Positions 9,495 to 23,613 of a DNA stretch of 64,000 bases are shown here, piece after piece. A program made the position numbers and the translations under genes. The DNA is taken from the NCBI RefSeq assembly GCF_041956535.1, contig NW_027192214.1:363309-427308 (forward strand). The letters run 5' to 3'. The notes below the pieces were generated by a model that made no database searches, was not told where the DNA came from, and saw only the letters and a list, made by a program, of their open reading frames with translations. This stretch comes from Calcarisporiella thermophila CBS 279.70 (lineage: Eukaryota > Fungi > Calcarisporiellomycota). Numbering within the stretch: position 1 is the stretch's first letter; every line of letters begins with the position of its first letter.

Positions 9495-10260
9495 ATTCCC
9501 TCCAGAAAAAATATCGAGTGGATGTAAAAAATACATCCCAAGGGAGAAAAAAAAGTGGTTTTTTAATTCTGCTACAGGAAGTACCACAATTCATTTACAA
9601 GATTGCATTGAAGCTATGAAAGCACCTTTTCCAGATATTTCACAGCCTCTTAAAAATGTCATTTTGCGTTGAGCTCATATTGTGGGGGGGGGGGGGAAGC
9701 TTCAGTATGTAGCTACCAATTTTTTTACTCCGAGGAGTATCATTCGGCGTTCTTTTGTTTCCTTTGTCGAGACTTGGCACTTAAAATGACTTTTCTGTAG
9801 TTGTACTGGCGAAGTTTTCTTTATAAGTTAAAGACGCAACCGTAACTCTAATTTAAGCTTCTATGTCGCACTCCTTTCAAAATATCCAATAAATCTTAGT
9901 GATGTACTAATTATGGAGCGCAGGAAGGTTTTTGATTTTTTGACGTATTTTTGAGAGATAATTTATTAGTGAGAGTGGAGGAGAGAAATTGCGGTCGCCC
10001 CAACATACTCAGGTGGGAATAATCTTGAGAAGAGATAAAACGGTTTGTTATGCGGTCTAAGTTTGGAAACCAACTTCACCGTGGAGAGTTTGTACAAGCA
10101 ATGAAGTATATTCGTTGCCTAAGGTGTTGCTTTCTAAAATCCAATTTGATTTGTTCAATATTCAGCTATCAGTTTGAAGTCATTCTGATAAAATATATAT
10201 TGATGGACATGTCAGTGTAAATATATATACATACTACATCGAAATGATAGATATGTTTGG

Positions 10261-13200
10261 CTAAGCGCCAAGTCGACTTGTTTCTGTGCCTTTGGTAGTC
10301 AAAAAAGTGGGCCACATTTGCAGCCCCTCGATCTCGGGATTTAATCGAATGGGGCGCACTTTCCGCAGGATGAGGATGCGGAGCGTGACATAAATAAGTA
10401 AAACAACTCCAAATGCTATCCCAATGAGCCAGAAAAGTGGCAATAGCCGATAAGAGGTTCCGAATGGGATGTTAATGGGAGGCACATATACAATAAGCAT
10501 AGCCAGGATGGTTCCACAAATAATGCCCAGGAAGTTGTATGGATTCGAAAAAATGAATCTCCCGAAGGGTAGGTTGAACCGGGCCTTGCATGCAAAGAGA
10601 TTGAATGCTTGGACAATCATAATCGTTAAATAGACACTCGCTTGTGCTTGCCCTATTGCGTTCTTTTGATCGCTGCCTGAAAGCACGGCTCCGGTCGCAG
10701 TGGTATAAGAAGGACTGTTGTACTCAAATAAGCCTCCTTGGACGGCCATGGCGCGTGCATCGTAAGGCGTAATTCCATTGTAGTTTAGCACCACGAAATA
10801 TGCGAGCATACTCGCTATAGTTTCTATCAAACCAATTTCAATATAAGCCCACGAGAGTACACCCAAGTCCACGAGAGTCTCTTCTCCTGTATTTTCGAAG
10901 AGCTCTTGCCAGTATTGAGCAGAAAACACTCGCCGAAAACTGTGCCAGACAACTTTTACCCGGCTTGCACGAATCAGTTCACCCGTTGTCTCGTCGTAGC
11001 GTGTTGGGGTGCGACGCAGAGTCAGACGCCGGATGCGCTCGATAGATCCTGGTGTAACTGGTTTACGGGGAGGCAGTTTCATAAGACCGGACTCAGATTC
11101 AGGTTTATCCCATGCGAAGGAAAGCGCCATAAACAGTTCAAATCCAAGATCTATAACCAATATTAAAATGGCAGAAAGGGGGAGTGGGATTGGCACAATC
11201 ACGAAAAGTAGCTGCGGAATCACTTCCGGAGTCGAATGGGAGATGGTGTAACGAATCGATTTCTTTAGGTTAGTGAAAATAAGTCGTCCCTCCTCGATAC
11301 CATGCACTGTGGAGGCAAAGTTGTCATCGAGCAAGATCATGGATGCTGCCTCCTTTGATACATCACTGCCGGAGTGATTCATTGATATACCCAAATCAGC
11401 TTTCTTTAGCGCAGGTGAATCATTAACCCCATCGCCGGTTACTCCAACAATATGGCCCATTGCCTGTGCACGCTTAACAATTTCGAGCTTATGCCGGGGT
11501 GAAGTGCGTGCAAAAATGATCTCATCTTTCGCAAATATCTGATCCCACTGTTGAAAATATGGTGTTAAAATATAGCGCCGAAAAGATATATTTGCTAAAG
11601 CACTTCATCACATAAATCTCTTACCTGTTCATCTGTAAGAGCATCAATATGTTCGCCATGAACAACCACCACGTCATATTCATTTTCACCAACATCCTCA
11701 AGCATACGACCTGAGCGCTTTGCTGACATTTCACGCGTGTCTCCAAGTACCAAGTTGATCTTGCGCCCAATTGCCTCCGCCGTTAATGGGTGGTCGCCCG
11801 TCACCATCATGACCTTGATTCCTGCGGATCTACATTTGCCAATTGCTTCACGTACCCCGTGTTTGGGAGGATCCTCAAGTGACGCCAGACCAACAAATGT
11901 AAGATCAGAGGTTGGATAGTTTTGCTTTTCCTTGTCAAATGTGAAGTCAGCGGGGTATTTATCGCGAGGTAGTTCGAGTTGTGCAAAGGCGAGCACTCGA
12001 TGCCCTTTGCCCGCCATTTGCTCATACATTTTTTGAAACTGTGTCTTATGATCCTCCGTAAGAGGAGAGATGGACTGTCCTTCAATAATGGTGCTACAGA
12101 GCCGCAGTACCCTCTCTGGTGCGCCTTTGATATATAGAGTCAAATCTCCGTTAGAATGGGATTTGCGATGTATACTAAGGTGCCACTTATTGTCTGAATT
12201 AAATGGAATCTCGAAAATTTTCGGATAAAGCTCAGGGAGCTGGTTGAAGTTAGAGAGTTTTTCCGCAGCGAACCGTAGCAGGCCCGCTTCTGTCGCATCG
12301 CCAAGGATCTGGCGTTGGTTAATTGGGATATCAACGCGGTCGAATTTTGCACGAGTACAAAGGGCGGAAATGTGCAAAATTTCCGAAATTCCAGGGGCAT
12401 CAAGCGAAACGGTTTCTCCCTCTCCCAAGTTGTTCCCCAGCGCGTAGAAAAACTTTAGACCCGTCCATACGGTGGCAACGGTCATACGGTTGCGAGTTAA
12501 TGTGCCTGTCTTATCGGTAGCTAATAGAGTGATTGCTCCAAGCGTTTCTACTCCCAATAAGTCCTTCACTAGCACATTTCGTGATGCCATCCGTTTAGCC
12601 GCAATGGTTAGCATGATCGTAACAGTGGCTGGTAGACCTTGTGGTACCCAAGCGACCAGAATCCCAATAGCAAAGCTGAGTGTGAGAGAGATATTCCCAT
12701 TGTTCACACGATACCCAATCCCAAAAAAGATTAAAGCAGTTACGACAGCGAGAAGGGAGATGAACTTGACAAAGTTGTCAATTTCTTCGCCTAAAGGTGA
12801 TCGTCGTTTTTCTTCTCCCGCGGTCAAGCCAGCAATCTGACCAAGCACTGTGTTGTCACCGGTGCGCACCACAATTCCATAACCCTCACCATTAACGACA
12901 AGAGTCCCATTGAATGCCAGATTTGCGGCTTCAAGCGGATTCTTATGCGAGTTTTGTGGCGATCGGCTTTGAGGCTCCGACTCTCCAGTTAGCGAAGAGT
13001 TGTCGACCTTCATTTCGTTACAGGAAAAGATCAATATATCTGCTGGTACTTTATCTCCCATGCGCACAAACACGACATCTCCTGGAACTAGATCAGCAGC
13101 AGGCAACTCATTTAATTTGCCTTCGCGAATGCACCGGCACTTTTGAGGGATCATATTCAGGAAAGATTCGAGAATTGCGGCCGATTTTTGTAACTGATAG

Positions 13201-13988
13201 AACTCGATAATTGCATTAATAAAAGCAACTCCTATCAGAATAGCACCCATATATGTCTACAAATGGGAGATTGAGTAGAGATAGTGAATAAAGAGTTGAA
13301 GAGAAAAGTAATGAGAGTTGAAAGAGTTTTACGTTTGGGAAGTTATTGACAGGATCTATTGCCAGGAGGATGTACTCGATAATTCCAGCTATAATCAGTA
13401 GTAAATTGAACAAGGTGGTCAGGCATTCGAAAAATTTGACAATAGGGTGCTTCTTCTTTGGCGGGGAGAGAATATTTGGGCCAACTTCTTTTAGTTGAAT
13501 GGCCGCTGTTTCACCATCCAGCCCCCTAGAGTTTGCGGGCTTTTCAATATTAATTTTTGTGTGATATTTTTCCGCACACTGTTCTGGAGTAAGTAGGTGT
13601 TCAGTCTATTATGAGAATAAATGAAAGACAATCAGTTAAGCAATGGCTATTAGCAAACGACTGGCACGTAAAATGAGCTTACAATGTTTATCTGTTTTTC
13701 CTCTTTTTTCTCTTTTGGGCTCTTCCATCCCCGCATTTTCGCCCTCATTATCGCATGCTCCTCTGGCGTAGACTGCGGCACAACAGAGGGACGCCGCAGA
13801 ACTGATTGGCGCTCCGGACGCAAGGGCTGGTTAAACGTAATTTTGGGGGCGTCCTCCGATGAGGACTGGATTTTTTCTCCATTGGCATCCCGTTCATTGG
13901 GATTCGTGTCAATCTCTTCTGATTGAGGCTGGGTCTTTTCCTCATTAATCTCTTGTTCATTTGGCCCATTATCCTTCTCCTCCGTCAT
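10261..13988 (-). CDS. P-type ATPase, type IIC (Na,K/H,K-ATPase alpha-like); ~4 exons
   Basis: SSLTGESEP, DKTGTLTRNRMTV, EIPFNSDNKWHLSIH, KGAPERVL, VTGDHPLTA, GDGVNDSPALKKAD; ORFs 13650..13988, 13216..13413, 11595..13250 and 10261..11460. Confidence 0.93.
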
Positions 13989-14562
13989 ATTTCAAGAATA
14001 TGTAACGTAGCAAAGATTGATATAGATTCAACCGGAAGAGAAAAAAATTTATGGACCCAGGAATAAAAAAATAACTGTGAAATGGCTGAAATGTTAATTT
14101 TTATAGGGCGAGAGTTGAATTTATAGAAATTTCGATCAAAAGTCCGAGCGGTTTTGATCGCCCTTGTCAAACTTTCAGAACCGAAAAATGTCTTATTGAA
14201 ATGTTTTATGATAGTTATTTGCTCTTACATATGTAATGGGTGCCGAGATAATGTTATTTTTATCACAGCTAGGAGTGATGCGACTCTTGCATGCAAAAAA
14301 TACGCGTGGTATGCATTGTGCTTTGATATATATATTAAAAGAAAGGAAGGTAATGATAGATTAGAGAAATAAAATATCTATGCATAAGCCACACTTCAAC
14401 GAATTGGAGATTCACTAGGTTCATCCTCCTAATCATCCATCCATCCACCCACCCATCCACCAGAGAGAGGGACACGAGTAAAGAGAAGTGAACGAGAAGA
14501 GAGTAGCTGTTGTTGCTGTTGAATAATCAGTTTAAGAAACATATATAAAACAACTCATCACA

Positions 14563-15453
14563 ATGCCTGCAGTCGAGACATCGCACCTCTCACCATCTAC
14601 CCGACCTGAGGTTATCCAACAATTGATCGATGGAGTTGATCGTTATAACCCCGACAATGTCTCAATTCTTGAAGAATATCTAACCACTCAGTGCCAGAAT
14701 GAGGAATATGACCTGATGGCCAATTTGGCGATCTTGAAATTGTGGGCATAACTATTTTCAGTGTTTAGAGGATCAGAATATTTATATGTATATTTTTGTA
14801 GGTATCAGTTTAACCCTCATCTAACCAATGATCAAGTCGTCATCAATATTTTGGTGAAAGCTCTTACCGTCATCCCCGAGCCCGATTTTAACTTGTGTCT
14901 CTTCTTACTTAATGAGACAGTGGTGAATATTGAACAATCAAAGTGCGATCATTATTATGCATTTGACATTTATCAACTTATTCAAATAGGTATCCGAAGA
15001 GGCCATTAGCAAACTCACCGAACTACAACAATTGCTTGAATCGGCACGATATGAAAAGTTTTGGGAAACATATGAGGGCGATGATATTTACAAAGAGCTC
15101 ATTTCCGAGGTGGTAGGATTTGACAAGGCTGTGCGTGAAGTGATCGTAAGAACGGTGCAGATGACATACCAGACAATCTCCTCCCAACTTCTCCGGTCAT
15201 ACCTGAATCTTTCGGCCCAGGACTTTGCTCAGTTTTGCTTAGCTCGCGGGTGGACAGAATCAGATGGCGTAGTTTCACTGCAACTGAACAAGGATAATGA
15301 AGTGAAGACCGTCATTATTCGAGAAAACATCAAATTTGAGCGTAAGTGGCCTATTCATCCATTCTATTCTTTGAGCTCTAAGTTCTAACCTATCTTATAT
15401 CCCAACTTTTTGTAGAGCTGACAAAGATAATTGGTTATTCGAATGAGCTGTAA
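14563..15453 (+). CDS. EIF3K: Eukaryotic translation initiation factor 3 subunit K; 4 exons
   Basis: GVDRYNPDNVSILEEY, YDLMANLAILKL-YQFNP, ILVKALT..P.PDFNLCL, ENIKFE. Confidence 0.92.
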
Positions 15454-15989
15454 TTCTTTTTCTCTTTGATATTTTTGCTTGTGTAAACATGTTTTCTTAA
15501 AACGGCGGAATATAATTTACGTTTTTGCATCCATTATCGACCTGGCAAAGATATACATCGAGAATCCATAGATAATTTATGCTGGCAGCATTTACGCAAA
15601 CGGAAATTAATCTTTCATAGGTACATCTTTTCTAAATGATTATAAGCACTTTCTATGAGTTGTGGAGAGTGCACTTTGGGAATGCATGATAGTTTTCAGT
15701 ATTTTTAGTATATGTTATAAGATCTTTTGATACACCATAGCACCTCACAAAAGGGAAAAGTAATTAGGATAGGATTCACTGAACAATGTTTTAGTTTGCT
15801 CTTCAGCTCACATATATTTTTTGACTATTCATAAGATACGAAATCAAAGCCTTAGCTTCCTCGGTCTTTTATATATGGATCTTATTTTGGAAATGATATG
15901 ATGAATTTTGTGACGTCGACGTTGGAAAGCTTAAAAGAAGATACGAAAGAATGATACCGAGAGCTAGCAAATAAAAAAAGGGATATAAG

Positions 15990-17705
15990 ATGTGGAATTT
16001 ACATCCACTATTACTACTAGCATGTTTTATCACATATGCAATAGCCATGGACAATCCCTCATCGACCTCTATCCCTGAAGATGCCACTTTTCAACCATTA
16101 TATCCTACAATAGGAGCGCCGATTTCAAATACTGTACCCGAGAGTCCTGATGTCGGCAACCTAAAAGGCCCTGGGCCGCGGATGGGTCATTGTTCCATTG
16201 CTTTTAACGATACCATCTACGTGTTTGGTGGTATTGGTCAACCTGGTCATTCCAATTTCAGTCGCCTCTCGTATCCTAGAGATTTCGATGTAACCGCGCC
16301 TCGCTGGCGCGATCTCCCACTTCCAGCCAACATCACTGCAGATCCGCAACCATGCGTAGTCACCGCGCAAAATCTTCTACTGGTGGGTGGATTAGCTCGC
16401 CCCTATGTATACAATTTAACATCCGAAAATTGGCTTCCGCATCCATTACAAACGGAAGGCATTGGGTTCAATGTCACAGAGTCGCTTGGAGCGCGATATG
16501 GATCTAAGGCCATAACCGTAGGCGACTCCGTGTATGTGTGGGGTGGATATGTTGTCAACGCTAGTGGACCTCCCCTCTCTCCCAGCTCCAACACACAAGC
16601 CCAAAATCTTGTAGTGGGAACCTCAAGTCGCTCAACTTCTAGTTTCTCCTCGGTGTCATCTACAGCCTCTACATCCAGCACCTGGTCCTCCTTTTCTTCT
16701 CCAAATCTTGTTCGCCGCTTGCTAAGTCAAGCTGAGGACAAAATTCCATGGACAAACGTGACAAATGATATGTTTATTCTCAACACAAGCACTTGGCAAT
16801 GGCGTGTACTTCCACAACAAAAGCATACTCCCCCTCCAATTAATAATGTAGGCATTGCATCTTGGAGGTCGAATAAGCTATTTTTATTTGGTGGCAGCAA
16901 CAGCACGGTAGGTTAACGTATTTGTACTGCGAAACTAGGGCACGATGTATCATTGAACCGTATTCTGATTGACTTTTTTATTCTTTGCCTATTTTCTCAT
17001 TGTTAGCCCTATTGGGTCCCGCAGAACTACTCAAGTAACATATACTCGCTTGATCTTACCAGTCTTATTTGGCAACAAGAGCCTGTCCGTCTTGACACAC
17101 CTTTGGCTAACATTGAAGCGGTTCCGTTTTATGGATCCAATATACCCCAATTTTTCCTTCTGCCAGGTACAGTGGATGGCGGGATCTCTAACCCTAGTAC
17201 AGCCCATGTCCGCGTTTGGGCATTGAATTCTCGACAAATTGAGATTTTCACAGCAAGCGACGTGGATAAGCCTTCTCCTCGAACGGGCCACAGCATGGTC
17301 GCGCTCCAATCTCAGCCTGAGCTCTTCCTCGTTTACGGGGGCCAAATTGGAGGTTTCAACGGTCCCCTTAGCCAAGATGTGTACGTATACAATATGTCTG
17401 CTCGAGCGTGGAACGCGAGTACACATCTCCCTACCACGACAAAGGACGTGATCACAATGCCCACCCCAAGCCCAGCGGATGTATTCTCGCACGGCGAAGA
17501 TTCATTTGGGAGAATGAGTTATTCTGTCATCATCACGACAGTATTTTGCGTCGTTTTATCGCTGGGTTTCTGTACGGCTATTGCATTTATAGTGAGACAG
17601 CGGATATTGCAACGGAGAAGAGTTAGCCAAAAAACCCCGTCCATGGTCATGCCGACTTTGGAGCCTATCCAGACGGTGGAGTTGGGGGGAAAACCCAAAG
17701 CGTAA
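15990..17705 (+). CDS. Type I membrane protein with signal peptide, Kelch-like repeats and C-terminal TM; 1 intron
   Basis: PRMGHCS..IYVFGG, VYVWGG, LFLFGG, PRTGHSM..LVYGG; TM VIITTVFCVVLSLGFCTAIAFIV. Confidence 0.85.
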
Positions 17706-18710
17706 ACTAACTTGAGTTACCTATATACCGTGAACTAGTTCCTATATATTCTTTATATTTTGAATTATACTTTCTGTGTATTTTTTATCTTAGATCATTT
17801 AGATCCCTTATTTTGTAATTCCTTTCCTCTTCTTTTTTCATATGACCTTTATACATTCTTTTATCTACCATTTCTATGTTCTTTCTCATTACTATTTGCT
17901 TTTGCTTTCATACGCTTATTTGCTGATAAAATTGTTACCACCCCCATTAGTATGTCCTATATCCACATTTTAATGTCTGATTCCATTTTGCCCTACAGGG
18001 GTTAAGTACAGTAGTATATTGGAAAGTTATATCAGAGAGTAGTACCGGAAGTGCATCACTATTTTATTTCTTAATAAGCGATTATGACGACCGGAATTCA
18101 TTATATGCGGTGGCCAAAAAGGATATCATTTCGCAAGTTAGGAACATAACGTTGTTACATAGAGGTGAGTGAATTGAACGGAATAGAATTTAAATACATC
18201 ATATACCTGATGTTACTCTGACACGCATTACGTCAAATGCCAATCTATCCCTTGGCTTTTGTTTTGGTTGGAAAGTTTTTTTTCAGAAGATAATCCAAAG
18301 CTATTCAATATATGGCCATATATAATTGAAGAATACAGTCAATTTCCTCAGTTCACTGAGTACTCAGCAAAAAGCCACCAGAAAATGAGTGTTTGTTCTA
18401 TATTACAGTAGTACCGACTCGAGGCTTGCCCTGTAAATTTTTCCACGGAGCAATTGTCATATGTGGGTAATATCCAAGCACAATTTCTGGTCCGAGGCTT
18501 TGCTTCCAAGAAAGAGCGATTTTTCCATAGAAAAATAGACTAGCGATTCGGAGAGTGTAGCATCTCCACTTTCATGCTGGATTCATCTGCCACAAGAGGC
18601 CTTCTTTAATATCCTTTCTATATTTGATACTTGATAGTTTCCATCTGTTGCAATACCAACTCTGACGCTTTTTTTTTTCCTGCTACGCTCATTAAAATTT
18701 ATATCTTATA

Positions 18711-21700
18711 ATGAAGTCTATACACGAGCCGGCACATGCCTGGCGACCTCCGGGTTATGATGATGACTTTGCTATGTTGTCGCATCAATCTCATGACAAC
18801 TCCTCACAGACCAATATTTCACAGCTAGGGGATGATGACTACACAAGCCTAATCCCAACCAATTTGAAGGAAGGCTCTGCGAGTGGAGCGAAAAATGAAG
18901 GTAGCTGGTATGATGACACGCGTTCAACTACAGTGAAGCGCAGTAATACCCAACTATCGGCCCTCTCCCTTCGTTTTCGCAAACAACCCGAACAATCCAT
19001 TCGTACTATTCATATAAATAATCCCGAATTAAACGCACAGCAGAAATTTTTACATAACAAAGTGTTCATGGCAAAATACAGTTGGTACTCGTTTCTTCCA
19101 AAATTTCTGGGAATGGAGTTTTCAAAAACTGCAAACTTGTTCTTTTTATTCATCTCCTGCATCCAGGTAAACTGAATTATTCAAGTTGATATTCAATATT
19201 ATTATTAACCACGCAAATATTTGTATATCTAATGAATATAGCAAATCCCGGATATTTCACCAACATCTCCTTGGGCGACTATAGTGCCGCTTGTCATTGT
19301 TTTGTTAGCGACAGGAGTGAAGGAATTAATAGAGGATATGGTATTAAGTTGGTTTACTTTAGGTTATTAATAGCTTGTTAATTTGGCGGTAAGATTAGGC
19401 TGTTCATAGGTCTGACGCAGAGGTGAATGCTCGTAAAGTTAAGATCCTAAGCAGTAAAGACCAATTTGTCGAGAAGCAGTGGAAGGATCTTAGAGTTGGT
19501 GATATCGTACGGTTGGAAAGTGGGGAGTTTTTCCCAGCAGATTTGATCCTTCTAAGCAGCAGTGAGCCTCAAGGACTATGTTATATCGAGACATCATCGC
19601 TCGATGGGTCAGTAGCTTTGTATTAAAGAAGAAATTTATTCCAAGTTACTGAATTTATTTAAACAGTGAGGTGAATTTGAAAATTAAACAGGCACTTATG
19701 CAAACAGCGGATCTGACATCACCGGTCCAAATTAGCCAGCTTCGGGGTTTGTTTTTTTTTTTGTTATTTACAAGTTGAATACTTATTGATTTCATTTTCT
19801 ACAATAGGGGTCATTAAGTCGGAGCTCCCAAATAATCGTCTCTATAACTACGAGGGAACATTGTCCATTTACCAACCCGAAACAGGCCAGACTAAGGACT
19901 TTCCTCTCGACCCTACGCAAATATTACTTCGTGGCGCACAGCTGCGGAATACTTCTTGGATATATGGAATCGTGGTGTTCACAGGACACGAAACCAAACT
20001 CATGTTGAATTCGCAGTATGTTTTCTTTATATTGGTTTTCATCATCCTCTAACCTCGCCTTAACCGTGGGTTGCAATAGGAAAAAACCTGTAAAGCAGTC
20101 GAACATCACGAGAATTACGAATCGAAATATAATTTGGCTGTTTATTTTACTGGTCTTAATGAGTGTCCTGGCCTCTGCTGGAAATGTTATAATTTATGTA
20201 AATATGAGCCTTGTATTATACGCTGATAAGATTTCGAACAACTCACGTCTTTTTTCTTTGACCCACTATAGCTTAGAAATAATGAAAAATTGTCGTACCT
20301 TGGTGGGCAGAAAGAAAATCTGTGGGCCACCTTTGGTTTCAATATTTTGACTTTCATCATTCTTTTCAATAGTTTTATTCCAATTAGGTACCGTATTTTT
20401 TTATGCTATTCTTTCTAATTACATGCTGATGACCATTTATAATTCGTTTTTAGCTTGATGGTCACGATGGAAATCGTCAAGTACTGGCAATCCTCCCTCA
20501 TCGACGCTGATCTCGATATGTACTATGACCAGACCCATACTAGTGCTGTGACCCGTTCCAGCTCTCTTGTTGAAGAATTGGGCCAAATAGGATACGTTTT
20601 CTCAGACAAAACAGGCACACTCACGTGCAACATCATGGAGTTTCGAGAGTGTTCTATTGCAGGCATGTGTTATGCAGAGAAGGTGAACGAGAATCGAGCA
20701 GGAGAATGCCATAGCTTTCAAACTCTGAGAGAAAATTTAAAGTCGCACCCCACTGCAAACATAATACACGAGTTCTTGGCCATTATTTCGACTTGTCATA
20801 CCGTTATACCTGAGAGAGGAGAGGGAGAGAATAATATCACATACCAAGCCTCCTCTCCTGATGATGGTGCTCTTGTAAAGGGCGCATCCTTACTTGGCTA
20901 TACTTTTACGGTTCGTATTTTGATTCCCGCTAGTTCTCTGCTATTCACTTTTTTATTTCAGTTCATTATTGACACATTTACTAATAGACGAGAAGACCCA
21001 ATTCCGTAACAGTTGAGGTTAATGGTGCCGCGCAAGAGTACCAGATACTCAACATCTGCGAGTTCAATAGCACACGCAAACGCTTGTCCGTAATTGTGCG
21101 TGGCCCCGACAGCAAGATCAAACTTTATTGCAAGGGAGCAGATACTGTTATCCTAGAACGACTGTGTCCCGATAACCCTTTTGTCGAGACAACACTGACT
21201 CATCTTGAAGTAAATCGAGCTCTTGCACATTTCTAACTAGTCTATTGCTAAACGTTTTTTTTTTCTCTCATTATAAATCATTAGGAGTTTGCTACGGAAG
21301 GTCTTCGAACGCTCTGTATTGCAATGCGCGAGATACCAGAGGATGAATATTCAAAGTGGGCGACCATTTTCGAAAAGGCATCGACAACGCTGACCAATCG
21401 ACAGGAAGAACTCGACAAGGCTGCAGAGCTGATCGAGCGCGACATGTTCCTCCTTGGAGCCACAGCGATCGAAGACAAACTTCAGGATGGCGTTCCAGAT
21501 ACAATACACACATTACACGAGGCCGGGGTCAAGATCTGGGTGCTAACTGGCGACCGCCAAGAAACTGCAATCAATATCGGATACAGCTGCAAACTCCTGA
21601 CCGATGAAATGTCGTTGATTGTGTGTAACGAAGAAACTCATTCGAACGTGCTCTCGTTTCTCGAGAAAAAATATGAAGAGATAAGCACTATCCTAAAGCG

Positions 21701-23041
21701 TGGAGAAGAGATCGAACCGCTCGCACTCGTAATAGATGGCAAGGCGCTTACCTATGCACTTGAGAGGGATGTTGAAAAAACTTTTTTGAACTTGGCGGTG
21801 CTTTGTCGCGCGGTCATCTGCTGTCGAGTGTCTCCCCTGCAAAAAGCGCTTGTCGTCAAACTCGTGAAAAAGTACGTAAAATCGATCCTCCTTGCGATTG
21901 GCGATGGCGCAAACGATGTGTCCATGATCCAGGCTGCCCACGTTGGCGTCGGCATCAGCGGGGTTGAGGGGCTGCAGGCCGCGCGAAGTGCTGATTTTGC
22001 CATTGCCCAGTTTCGCTATTTGAAAAAGTTGCTCTTGGTGCACGGAGCATGGAGCTATCACCGCATGAGCAAGATGATCTTCTTCTACTTTTACAAGAAC
22101 GTGGCCCTCTATCTCACCCAATTCTGGTACGCAATCTTCAATGGGTTCTCCGGGCAGACCCTCTACGAGTCCTGGACCCTGTCCTGCTTTAACGTGCTGT
22201 TCACCATCCTCCCCCCGGTGGTGATCGGGGTGTTTGATCAGTACGTCAATGCACGGATGCTCGACAAATATCCCCAAATGTACACGCTCGGACACTCGAA
22301 CGAGTTCTTCAATCAAAAGCGCTTCTTTGGGTGGTTGGCCAATGCCGTGTTCCACTCCCTTATCCTTTTCTTCTGTGGATACCTCGCTTTCAATGACGAC
22401 CTAGTTCTCCCGGGGGGCTATATAGGTGGCCATTATATCGCGGGAACGATCATCTTCACATCAATCCTGATGACATTGTTGCTGAAGGGGGGGCTTATCA
22501 CCGAGTAAGTAGCACACTAATGCGCTAGGAGTATTGTCCGAATGACTAATAATTTTTTCTCCGGCATTTTCTCTATTGATGTTGCCATGTTTCTTTCCTA
22601 AGCACGTGGAACAAATACGCTGCATTTAGCATCCCCGGCTCCCTGATCGTTTGGTTTATCTTTCTCCCGTTTTTCACGTGGTTCGGGCCCATTGTGCGCC
22701 TCTCAAACGAGTACGACGGCGTCCCCGGATTTATCTTTACCTCTCCCTACTTCTACCTCTATATCATAGTGGTCCCGCTCCTGTGCATTCTGCGCGACTA
22801 CGTTTGGAAATATGTAAAGCGAATGTACCGGCCCCTTTCCTACCACTGTGTGCAAGAGATTCAGAAATACAATATACCCGATTATAGGCCGCGCGCGGAC
22901 CGGTTCCGCCAGGCGGTGTCCAAGGTGCGCCGAATTCAGCGCCTCAAGCGTAATAGAGGATTTGCGTTTGCACAGAGCGAGACAGATCAGACCAAGATCA
23001 TCCGAGCATACGACACCACCATTGCAAAACCGTTGGGCTAG
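18711..23041 (+). CDS. DRS2: P4-ATPase aminophospholipid flippase (Drs2/ATP8A type); multi-exon
   Basis: [56 protein letters not shown]; Drs2-type C-tail [11 protein letters not shown]...RGFAFAQ. Confidence 0.95.
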
Positions 23042-23613
23042 TGGTGGTGGGTTGCCCCGACGGTTTTCCCCCCCTCACCTCCTCCCTCTTTTGTCGAACG
23101 ATTCCATCGCCCTCATTTCCCGTTCATATATACCGTTATATCTCTTTGTACTTTGACATTATTTGCGTAAATTTTTTAACATTATTTCCTGCCTCCATAT
23201 CTATCCTGTTCCAATATTAAAGTTCTGTCGCAGCGTGTTGCCACCTCCTCTATATAAATTTATTTTATTTGATCTTCGTAAAGAATTAAATTGAATTACC
23301 AGCGAAAACAAAACGAAAAAAAAAAAAACTGAAACAGACAATGTCATAAAAAAGTGTTAAAGAAAAATAAATAAAAAAAAAAGATTATTTAAGAAATCGA
23401 AGGCAAAATAGACTGAATAACTTCAGAAATGGAAATTGAAAAAAAAAAAAATACACTGTACATTGCCAATACATAAAAAAAAAGTGGGGGGAGGGGGAGG
23501 GAAACGGTGAGAATGTAAAACAAAATATATATAAAGAAAATTAGTTTAGAAGCAGGATCGCGCCACAAATAAATAAGCCTTCATGGCTCTTGGCTGGCCA
23601 AGAGCTGAACGGG

